Position numbers and translations under genes: made by a program. Shown here piece after piece: positions 30,091 through 38,839 of a stretch of DNA of 64,000 nucleotides (within the stretch, counting starts at the first letter, position 1; the number at the start of each line of letters is the position of its first letter). The notes beneath the pieces are model-generated. The model searched no databases, was not told the origin of the DNA, and saw only the letters and a program-made list of their open reading frames with translations. Source of the stretch: an uncultured Gammaproteobacteria bacterium (lineage in GTDB: Bacteria > Patescibacteriota > Patescibacteriia > UBA11705 > DATKZF01); assembly GCA_964411255.1 (NCBI GenBank), contig CAYPKD010000007.1:13344-77343 (forward strand). Direction: 5' to 3'.

Positions 30091-30220
30091 AATTTTTTTT
30101 AGTTAATTTTTAGTAAATTGTACAATTTGATCTTTCTGTATATTAATACAAAATCCAGTTGATTTTCTTTCACTGCTATGTTATTGTTTTCTAAGAGGTT
30201 CAAAGCCATAGGAGGAAGAC

Positions 30221-30658
30221 ATGAACGACAAACAAACCAGAATTGAATTGGCACGTAAATGCGAGCATCCATCAGTCGATGAAATGATCGAATTATATCA
30301 GAAAGCTAAAGAAACCGGAGAAGTACCTGATGAATTTCAATTTGCTGCTAGATGCTTTCCATGCAATCATAGAGTGGGGGCATTTCTTGATGGCCTTCGA
30401 GGCCATGGATTACGAAATATTCCATCCACTTTTGATCCAATAGGAGCAATGGCTATCAAAAAAGCTGACCATGTTTGTCTGACAGTGCCTGAACTTTCTG
30501 ATCAATTTCGTGCTGACCCACGTGCATTAAAAAATAAACTCTATTTAAATGGGAATAGAGTTTGTGATAGTTGCTGTGACCTTTTTGAATTTGCATGGGA
30601 TCGACACAAAATGGAGCAAGTAAAGAAAAAAATTGAAGCTCAAGCTTCTCGAGTATAA
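30221..30658 (+). CDS. hypothetical Cys-containing protein
   Basis: AGGAGG RBS; CFPC and CDSC in two similar halves. Confidence 0.6.
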   Translation: MNDKQTRIELARKCEHPSVDEMIELYQKAKETGEVPDEFQFAARCFPCNHRVGAFLDGLRGHGLRNIPSTFDPIGAMAIKKADHVCLTVPELSDQFRADPRALKNKLYLNGNRVCDSCCDLFEFAWDRHKMEQVKKKIEAQASRV

Positions 30659-30706
30659 TGACAATTCGCGCGAAATCATATATCGCGCGTTTTTTAATTT
30701 GTACGT

Positions 30707-30836
30707 CCGGGGCAGACAGGCACGCGCCATAGGCGCGGCCTGTGTAGGGACAGAATATTATTCTGTCCCTACCATCCGTCCGCTCCTGGCGGGCGGATAT
30801 GCCCCGGCTATAAAAAAACGTCCGCCATAGGCGGAC
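30707..30836. repeat. composite palindrome with a GTAG-type REP
   Basis: CCGGGGCA/TGCCCCGG stem enclosing three hairpins, including GTAGGGACAGAAT..ATTCTGTCCCTAC. Confidence 0.7.
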
Positions 30837-30866
30837 TATAATTCATTGCTCATTACCGATTACACT

Positions 30867-31547
30867 TTACTCTTTAATTTCTATTACATCACTATACAAT
30901 TCCTCCACCTTTTCCAAATCCTGATCTGACAAATCATTATCAATTCTGGCAATATATTCATCATTTGTGCTTTCAATAATAAATTTTATATCATCTGACG
31001 CATAATTATTTGCAACTTGTTCTGGATAATATGATTTTTTATAACAAAGCTGCCAATACGGCGGTTCAGCCACTTTTAATTCCTGAATGTTTTCATCTGC
31101 TGATAATTTTTCCAATGTCTGTTCTCTATCTTCAACTGGAATTTCAATTAAAAAACAATTTTTTGCATACAAATCTTCAATTACAATGTCTGATGATGCA
31201 TTAAAATCCTGCCAAAAATCTTTTATAAAATTATGAGTGGCGATTGGATCTTCTTTGAGAAAAAATTTTGTAAAATATATTCCTTCGTCTTCTTCCTCAG
31301 CTTGAACATATTTTTGTTGCCCTGCTTTCTTTTTCACTTCCTCAGCCAATTCCATCATTTCTAATTCATGGATTGGATTAAAGCTGTCTGTATCTAAATA
31401 TTGGCTAAAATCAAAATCTGGCTTTTTTGAAAATAAATTCTCTCCTTTTACAAAATGATAAAAGTATATAGAAAAACCAGCAACAAAAATTACAATCACT
31501 CCGATGACGTAAATATAATCTTTTGTTTTATTTCTTTTATTTGCCAT
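30867..31547 (-). CDS. hypothetical membrane-anchored protein
   Basis: Single N-terminal TM; operonic. Confidence 0.65.
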   Translation of the reverse strand: MANKRNKTKDYIYVIGVIVIFVAGFSIYFYHFVKGENLFSKKPDFDFSQYLDTDSFNPIHELEMMELAEEVKKKAGQQKYVQAEEEDEGIYFTKFFLKEDPIATHNFIKDFWQDFNASSDIVIEDLYAKNCFLIEIPVEDREQTLEKLSADENIQELKVAEPPYWQLCYKKSYYPEQVANNYASDDIKFIIESTNDEYIARIDNDLSDQDLEKVEELYSDVIEIKE

Positions 31548-31550
31548 AAA

Positions 31551-32618
31551 TTAATACTGAACTTTTGGGAAATGATCTGGCACAATAGTTATCCAAAATT
31601 TCCCTTCAAGCATTTCTATTTCATTATCCTCTGAATCATAAAATCTTAAACGATCCTGGCTATTCTGTTTTTTCCAAACTCCAACGATTGCCTTCCCGTC
31701 CTGAAAAACTATTGCCTCACCTTCTCCAATTGTTTTTGTAAACAATCTGCCATAATCATCAATTACGCTCAGCTTGGAATATGCTATTGCTAAATTTTCT
31801 ACAGAAATATCCTCATTATCTTCAGTTTTATACAATCTGCCAGTTTGAAATCTGGTATAAACATTATCTTCCCTGTCATAATTCCATACCACGTCATAAG
31901 TATAATTATTAAAACTGATTTTTACTATCTGCTCCTCTGGTCTATCCTCTAAATCAGATTCTTTTTTAAAAATCCAAGTATCAAATTCAGCTTTCTCATC
32001 CCAATTTCTGTCATCAATAGCCTCTTTGATCAAATCGCTTGAAGAATAAACATTATGAGGTGCGTATCTGTTTCTTGACCGCCAAAAGTATTTTGACCAA
32101 AAAAACTGATCCAAATCCTTCATACCTGATACCCGAAGCTCTTCTAAAGCCTGAGGGCTGCCGCCTACATGTAAATATACAGGATCAAATGCAGCCGCCC
32201 AATCCAAGTAATATGGCCTGGCTGATCTGATCGGACCAATTTTTTCAACTTCAGCATCACCTGGAAAAACTGCCATAAACCTGGTAATAGTCGACTCAGC
32301 AATTGCTTCAAAAACCACGCTTGCTTTATCTATCCCAGCCAGAGGCCTGGCTTCAATATGATTTTCAATCATCACTGCCCACGGCGTCAGATTTGTCATT
32401 CCTTTTTTTTCAACACACGCATTATCTAATAATCTTTTGTATTTGCATTTCTGTTCAACTACGAATTCTTCTCCATTTGCCTTTGCGCCATTTACTCCAT
32501 TTGTCTTTGGAGCAAATAGAAATGAAGCTGTTATGGCTAAACCTAAAACTAAAATAAAAATCAGCAAAGAAACTATTTCTTTGTCTTTGTACCAAATAAT
32601 TTTTTTGTTTTCAATCAT
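31551..32618 (-). CDS. DUF3048 (YerB-like) protein
   Basis: AVMIEN..ARP..G, E..ITRFMA, GPIRSARPY, HVGGS, APHN. Confidence 0.88.
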   Translation of the reverse strand: MIENKKIIWYKDKEIVSLLIFILVLGLAITASFLFAPKTNGVNGAKANGEEFVVEQKCKYKRLLDNACVEKKGMTNLTPWAVMIENHIEARPLAGIDKASVVFEAIAESTITRFMAVFPGDAEVEKIGPIRSARPYYLDWAAAFDPVYLHVGGSPQALEELRVSGMKDLDQFFWSKYFWRSRNRYAPHNVYSSSDLIKEAIDDRNWDEKAEFDTWIFKKESDLEDRPEEQIVKISFNNYTYDVVWNYDREDNVYTRFQTGRLYKTEDNEDISVENLAIAYSKLSVIDDYGRLFTKTIGEGEAIVFQDGKAIVGVWKKQNSQDRLRFYDSEDNEIEMLEGKFWITIVPDHFPKVQY

Positions 32619-32688
32619 ATAAAAATAAAAGTGTCTAATTTATAAGACACTTTTATTCTATCATATTTTTTATTTTTTTTCACTTAAT

Positions 32689-33414
32689 TTATTCTTTCTT
32701 TTCTCCTTTATCAGCTTCTTTTTCAGCTGGGGCTTCATCTTTCTTTGGTTCTTCGCCTTCTTCACCTGGTTCTTTTTCCTTTCCTTCAGCATCTTCAATC
32801 TTTTCAAGACCTTCTTCTAATTCTTCTGTCGGCGCTTCTGGCTCGACCTCTTCTTCTTCTGGCTCTGTTACAGATGCGATTATTTCCTCAACATTGATTA
32901 AAATCTCAATTTCTTCTGGCAAATTCAAATCTTTTACATAGATAAAATCGCCAAACTCTTTTAATACACCCAGGTCAACTTCTACATTTGCAATTTTTTC
33001 TAAATCTTTAGGAAGACAACGAACTGGAACACTATCTAAGGTTTTTACTAAAATAGCGCCAAGCTCTTTTACAGCTGGAGCTTCATTAATAAATACCAGG
33101 CTAGCTTCAGTATCAATTTTTTGACCTCGTTTGATTTGATAAAAATCAACATGAATAGGTTTTTCTGAAACCGGATCAAACTGGATATCCTTAATCAAAA
33201 CTTCAAACGGTTTTGATTCTCCATCAACGGATAAATCAATAAGCCCACTCTCTCCAATCTCATCATATACCTTATTTAAATCCTGATCTCCGATTTCAAC
33301 TAAGATATTTTCTTTTACTTCAGGCCCATAAATAACACCTGGAACCTTCATATTATTATGTGGACTTCCATTTTTTTTATCCTCCCTTTTTTTTACAATT
33401 AATGAATATGGCAT
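32689..33414 (-). CDS. rplY: 50S ribosomal protein L25/Ctc
   Basis: VPGVIYG, IQFDPV..PIHVDFY, acidic tail. Confidence 0.93.
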   Translation of the reverse strand: MPYSLIVKKREDKKNGSPHNNMKVPGVIYGPEVKENILVEIGDQDLNKVYDEIGESGLIDLSVDGESKPFEVLIKDIQFDPVSEKPIHVDFYQIKRGQKIDTEASLVFINEAPAVKELGAILVKTLDSVPVRCLPKDLEKIANVEVDLGVLKEFGDFIYVKDLNLPEEIEILINVEEIIASVTEPEEEEVEPEAPTEELEEGLEKIEDAEGKEKEPGEEGEEPKKDEAPAEKEADKGEKKE

Positions 33415-33425
33415 ATCTTTTATTA

Positions 33426-33758
33426 TTAATAACTTTTGGTTCTAATAATTCGTATAAATTCTTTTGGATTATTAATTATTTCCTTTGCTTCTAAAACATC
33501 ATCAGCACAAACCGGGCTACTTTCTAAAAATTTAATCGTTTCTACACTTTGAAGATCTGTGATCAAACCAATACTATTAACACCTCGTGGACCAGCGACA
33601 ATTAGCACTAAAAGACAACTTTTACACTTCCTGCACTGTAAGTGCAAAAGATGAGCATTTTCCTTTTCATCTAAAATATTAATTTCAGAAGGATAATAAA
33701 CTGACTTACAAACAGGGCAATTACTGATGATTTTTAATTGAGGATTTTTTGGATCCAT
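33426..33758 (-). CDS. Zn-ribbon hypothetical protein
   Basis: CPVC..CRKC. Confidence 0.7.
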   Translation of the reverse strand: MDPKNPQLKIISNCPVCKSVYYPSEINILDEKENAHLLHLQCRKCKSCLLVLIVAGPRGVNSIGLITDLQSVETIKFLESSPVCADDVLEAKEIINNPKEFIRIIRTKSY

Positions 33759-33825
33759 AACCCAATTTTCATATTACTTAAAAAGTATAGCTGGTAATAA
33801 TCTATTAGTCAAGAGTAGGCCATTT

Positions 33826-34923
33826 TTATTGGTTACTTCTAACAACGATGCTTTGACATACGCCTAATAAGCCTAAAGTTAAAATAAAAAAACTACCGCC
33901 AGCACTTAGTAAAGGTAAGGAAATCCCTGTCACTGGCACTAGACCCATATTCATGCCAATATTTACAAAAATATGCAGTACAAACAAACTGGTCACCCCT
34001 AGAACGAAAAACATGGCAAAATCATTTTCCGCCATTTGCGCCGCTCTGACCAGTCTCCAAAAAATAATTCCCCATAATCCAAGCACTAAAATTACGCCTA
34101 AAAGTCCAAGCTCCTCTGCTATTACAGCAAAAACAAAGTCCGTCTGGCTTTCCGGAATAAATCGCAGCTGACTCTGAGAGCCAAAGCCCAATCCCCTGCC
34201 TAAAACTTTTCCAGAACCAATCGCAATGGTTGATTGAGCCACATTGTAACCGCTGCCCAGAGGATCCCTGCCCGGATCTGTAAAAGTCAATATTCTTTCC
34301 TTCTGATAATCCTGTAAAACAACAAGCCAGGAAAAAAGCAAAACAGAAAGAACTATTAATACTAAAAATGTAATATACATTTTTTTAACTCCGGTTAGCA
34401 TTAAAACAATAAACCAAATTGCTAATAAAACCGCGGCTGATCCCAGGTCTGGCTGCATCAGCACCAATACCACAAAAATAACTGTACCCAAAAGACTGAT
34501 AAAAATATGTTTTGTTTGGTTGAATTGCTGATAACGGTTACTGAAAAATTTTGCTAAAAAAATAATCAGAGCGATCTTTGCAAATTCTACAGGCTGAAAT
34601 CCAAATGTTCCAATGGCAAACCATCCGGTAGTACCTCTGATATTTTTACCAAAAATTAGAACTAAAACCAGCAACACCAATGTAACAATATAAATCACTC
34701 TGCTATATGACCGAAAAAAATTATAATTTAGCAGACTAAAAAATAAAAAAACCACCAAGCCAATAATTACAAAAATTACTTGTCTGTTAAATCCTGACGC
34801 ATCACCCTCTTCATAGCTTAAATTAACGCTATAGATAGCGCTTAATCCTAAAATAATTAATAACAAAATAGCTGTAAATAAAATCCAGTCAAATTTTCTT
34901 AATTTTTGCAAAACTATGCTCAT
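33826..34923 (-). CDS. rodA: rod shape-determining protein RodA (SEDS family)
   Basis: FQPVEFAK, QPDLG, GYNV.QS..AIGSG, PESQTDF, PVTGI.LP. Confidence 0.92.
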   Translation of the reverse strand: MSIVLQKLRKFDWILFTAILLLIILGLSAIYSVNLSYEEGDASGFNRQVIFVIIGLVVFLFFSLLNYNFFRSYSRVIYIVTLVLLVLVLIFGKNIRGTTGWFAIGTFGFQPVEFAKIALIIFLAKFFSNRYQQFNQTKHIFISLLGTVIFVVLVLMQPDLGSAAVLLAIWFIVLMLTGVKKMYITFLVLIVLSVLLFSWLVVLQDYQKERILTFTDPGRDPLGSGYNVAQSTIAIGSGKVLGRGLGFGSQSQLRFIPESQTDFVFAVIAEELGLLGVILVLGLWGIIFWRLVRAAQMAENDFAMFFVLGVTSLFVLHIFVNIGMNMGLVPVTGISLPLLSAGGSFFILTLGLLGVCQSIVVRSNQ

Positions 34924-35054
34924 ACTTTAATTTCATCTTATTCTAAAATCTTTAATAAATCAATATAAAAATACCAGTGATGTTGGTGATTTTATAGTTG
35001 AGGTTTCGTTTGCTATAGCTTTTAATTTAAAACATCTTTACGTCAATAGTATCG

Positions 35055-35181
35055 GGGGTCTGGGGGGCTGATTGCCCCCTGAGCGATCTTGGAACTCAAT
35101 CATCACTTCGCATTTGAAGCCTCCCAGCGGTTTTTGGTTACTTTTTGGTGTCAAAAAGTAACTTGGCGCAAGCCAACATTG
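35055..35181. repeat. dispersed MITE-like repeat, copy 1
   Basis: GGGGTCTGGGGG..GCTGATTGCCC..CACTTCGCATTTGAAGC..TACTTTTTGG..CAAAAAGTAACTTGGCGCAAGCCAACATTG shared with 47029-47181. Confidence 0.8.
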
Positions 35182-35303
35182 AAAAAGGCAAAGCAGGCTT
35201 TTTGCCTGTATTGTAAAAGATTATTTTTTTATTAATAAAAAAATCCTAATTCATCAGGATTCCATATTTTTATTTTTTACTTTTTAATTTTTACTTTTTG
35301 ATT

Positions 35304-36296
35304 TTATTTCTGTTCTCCAATAACCTCTCCAAAACCTTTATATGAATCTGGATTTAAAATATCAACCTGAGGTAATACAGCCACCCTATTAATTGCAGGC
35401 AAAGATCCTGGCCAGTTCATAATCACTTCCCTTTCTTCTAAAGCATCCAGGCTTCTCAAATGATATGTGTTCATTGCCCTTAAATTTTGTCCAGAATAAA
35501 GTAAAATTATAACATCAATATTCCAAAAATTCTGCGGCGAATTATTTTCAATTGTAAACTTTACCTGATTTATAGGATTCTCTCCTTCAATTCCAGTTTG
35601 TCTGGCTGGCAAATATAAAATGTCTGTTACTTCAAATTGCATTAGCTGCTCTTTTAATTCATTATAATCCGGCACCTTTTTCCATTTCAGATCATCAATT
35701 ACTAAATCTGCGCTCAGGCTACCTGTTCTCTCTTCATTTAAATTAACTAAATACATTGTCTCCCCTGGAAGCACATAGCTTGTTTCTAAATCTGTAGATG
35801 CGCCGCCAAAATCAAAATGATACATTAATTCTTCTACATACCATTTATCATTAGGATTAGTAACCGTAGTATATAAATCATAATTTTCTCCAGCCCTAAT
35901 GACCTTTACGTCATCTATTAAAATATTCTGCGGTGTACTGACCCGATTAATGTAATCCCAGTTCAATGATACAGTCCGGGGCGCATACAACTGGCGGTTT
36001 GCTGAATAACTTATTAAATAATGATCCAAAAGCCCGTATGTCCCATAAATCAAAAAAGCACCAGCAATTACAATTGCAGTTACTGTTGCCATTTGTTTAA
36101 CAGTTTGTCTATGGCTAAGCCACCAATAACCAAATTCTAATTCAGGAGCTGCTTTGATCTCCTTTGGTTTTGGAGCCTCAGCCTTCTGTTCTTTGGATTT
36201 CTTGTCGTCCGACTTGTCCGCCGTAGCTTTAGCGAAGGACGATTCAGTTTTTTCGTCTTTAGGTTTTTGATTTCCAATCTGAAATGCCATACGCAT
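35304..36296 (-). CDS. hypothetical membrane-anchored protein with Ig-like domains
   Basis: One TM and two beta-rich domains; contains an in-frame SFAKATADK insertion. Confidence 0.7.
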   Translation of the reverse strand: MRMAFQIGNQKPKDEKTESSFAKATADKSDDKKSKEQKAEAPKPKEIKAAPELEFGYWWLSHRQTVKQMATVTAIVIAGAFLIYGTYGLLDHYLISYSANRQLYAPRTVSLNWDYINRVSTPQNILIDDVKVIRAGENYDLYTTVTNPNDKWYVEELMYHFDFGGASTDLETSYVLPGETMYLVNLNEERTGSLSADLVIDDLKWKKVPDYNELKEQLMQFEVTDILYLPARQTGIEGENPINQVKFTIENNSPQNFWNIDVIILLYSGQNLRAMNTYHLRSLDALEEREVIMNWPGSLPAINRVAVLPQVDILNPDSYKGFGEVIGEQK

Positions 36297-36382
36297 ATAT
36301 TATAACATAATTTCATAAAGCATGGAACATGCAGCATAAATCAAAAAAGTCAGCCTATTTAAGACTGACTAATACAAACTAC

Positions 36383-37510
36383 TTACTCAAAAAGAAGATG
36401 CAATACTGAGGAATTTTCCTTTTTCGATTTCTTATATTTTTCAACCAATCTTTTTTTATCTGACATTAAAGTTATTGCTCCAAGGCCATGAGACACACCC
36501 TTGCTGCAAATTGCTGGATATTCTTTCTGCCATACTAAATGTACGCCCTCTTCATGTACACCGAGCACAAGACCTAGACCCTTCAGAATTCCTGGTAAAT
36601 CAATATGCCAAACAGCCATCCTTTTTTGCTGCTTACGTGTATAAAATTTTAACAATTGTTTTGGCTCTGCATCCCACCCGATCATACATTGTATTCGGAG
36701 GTCATATTTTCTGGTAGTGCTATCAAAAATACCTGGTGCTGGATGAAAACGCGACTGACCAGATTCGCGTATCGGATAAAGCGAACCATCTCGAATTCTT
36801 TCTTGTATATCAAATTTATCAAGGATATCATGTTGATATGCTTTTTCAATTGCCTTTTGTAAATCATCTACTGGCCTGGCATTTAAATCATCAGGATCAG
36901 GATTAAAATCGATAACCTGATCGTCAAAACACGCTTTCCTCAACGTAGGGAAAGCCTCTAAAATCTGATGCCAAGTATTTAATGCTGTAATAACGGGCAT
37001 TAATATATCCGGAAAGTCTTCCTGCACTTCTATTGGCTGATCAAATAATGCCTTTCTTTGCATATACATTTCTGCATATTGATAAACCAGCAAAGGATTA
37101 TTACATGCTGTCAAAAATTTTAACAGCATTATAGTCTTTTCTGGTTCAAACATTATTACAGTAATTGGAATTGTCTCATCCAGCGAGACAATTTCCTTTG
37201 GCAAGAGTATACTTATTTCTCTAAGGCTGGGGACCAAAGCTTCAAAAGCATGTTCCCAACCGTCTAAATGATATTTAGCCAGCCAGTTGCCCAGCACCCT
37301 TAGATCACCATGCAAATCATCAAATCTTTTTCTGAATTCTGATCGACTTGTGCTTGTTTTGATTAATTCAAGCAGCACATCTAAAACAGATGCACCCAAT
37401 TTTCCACGTTGGCGTTTGAACACATCATTGCCTGCCATTTTTTCAAGCAGCAGCTGATGTTGTTCATCCTTACTCGGGACTTGACCTTCAGGCACTTGCT
37501 TCTGTGGCAT
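36383..37510 (-). CDS. hypothetical protein
   Basis: 375 aa, AAGGAGGT RBS, terminator downstream. Confidence 0.7.
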   Translation of the reverse strand: MPQKQVPEGQVPSKDEQHQLLLEKMAGNDVFKRQRGKLGASVLDVLLELIKTSTSRSEFRKRFDDLHGDLRVLGNWLAKYHLDGWEHAFEALVPSLREISILLPKEIVSLDETIPITVIMFEPEKTIMLLKFLTACNNPLLVYQYAEMYMQRKALFDQPIEVQEDFPDILMPVITALNTWHQILEAFPTLRKACFDDQVIDFNPDPDDLNARPVDDLQKAIEKAYQHDILDKFDIQERIRDGSLYPIRESGQSRFHPAPGIFDSTTRKYDLRIQCMIGWDAEPKQLLKFYTRKQQKRMAVWHIDLPGILKGLGLVLGVHEEGVHLVWQKEYPAICSKGVSHGLGAITLMSDKKRLVEKYKKSKKENSSVLHLLFE

Positions 37511-37893
37511 AATCCACCTCCTTGAAGCACATCTGAAGCCATACCTCTTGAGAAGTATGTATGTTCATTGCATGGAAAACCCACCCAATGCCGCTTCTTG
37601 AGAAACGGATTTTGAAAGTACAACCAGAAGTGATCTGGTCATATAACTTTAATAAAAATATTTGATTTCGTCAATAACTGTATTAAATGGCTTTGTTTTT
37701 AGAATTGATAATTGTAAATTATTTAAAAATTGGTAAATTGAAAATTAAACCACATATCAAAACCGCATCCTAAAATATCCACACTACCCTTGAACATTCC
37801 AAACGAAAATACTATCATTAATAAATGAGGATTCCAAAACCGGAGTCCTTTATTGCTTGAAATTAGTTCCTTAACATATAAAGGCTCAACACC

Positions 37894-38712
37894 ATGCAAG
37901 ACAAAACTGACCACAGCATATCACTTGTGTTTAGAATAGATGAAGATCTGCAAAGTGCACTTTCAGCTTTTGACCCTGGTTTAATATGCTCAATCGGCAT
38001 TGATCCGCAGGCTGAAATATTGTCAATTACAATTCTGGAAAATAATGCTATTCAAAAAGCAACAAGCGGAGCTCAGATAAATCTTACCTTTACCACAAAA
38101 CCACGTTTTATTTACATCAGAGGAATGATTCAACTGCCTCAGGGCCATTATTTAACCGCGATTGACAGAGGATATTTTGATAATCACAAAAGAATAATCA
38201 TTCAAACTCTTAATGTGTTAAAAAAAACGTTTGCTCATCTGTCAGATTTATATCTTATCTGTCCAGACCGGCCGGTTGACTTTTTACTCTCAAATGGAAA
38301 TAGATGGCAAAAATTTCAAACTAACATAGATACTGCGATCAGCCTGCCTGGCGGATCTATCCTCGCAAGTATTAATGGGCAATTAAAAGTAATGTATTTT
38401 CATGATGTGGCAAAATTTCTCAAATCATTTGAAGAAACCTGGCATCCTATTATAAGTAATACAAATCTGGGCAAAGTAACCTATATCAGCCGCAATCAGC
38501 AGACTCCAATAGTCACCAGTTCTGACGGTCAGATATTTTCAATCGCTATTCAGGATGATAGAAAAACAACTATCACAGGTCATATTCCCAGATCTCAAGT
38601 TAGGCAAATGATCGGACCAATTGCCAATCACCGTGATGTTTTAGCTGCTGTTATAGATCAATCTTCAGATTCAGTAACTGCTTTGCTCTATAAAATGCGA
38701 AAAAGAACCTAA
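37894..38712 (+). CDS. hypothetical protein
   Basis: 272-aa ORF; start uncertain. Confidence 0.55.
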   Translation: MQDKTDHSISLVFRIDEDLQSALSAFDPGLICSIGIDPQAEILSITILENNAIQKATSGAQINLTFTTKPRFIYIRGMIQLPQGHYLTAIDRGYFDNHKRIIIQTLNVLKKTFAHLSDLYLICPDRPVDFLLSNGNRWQKFQTNIDTAISLPGGSILASINGQLKVMYFHDVAKFLKSFEETWHPIISNTNLGKVTYISRNQQTPIVTSSDGQIFSIAIQDDRKTTITGHIPRSQVRQMIGPIANHRDVLAAVIDQSSDSVTALLYKMRKRT

Positions 38713-38839
38713 TTTCAAGCAATATTTTAGCTTTCAGACACCTCTGAAAGCTTTTTTATTTACCCACTTTTCCTCTTTCCAAACTGTAATATATTTGCTA
38801 TAATAATTATGTAATTTTACTAAAAAAGAATTGCTAAAT

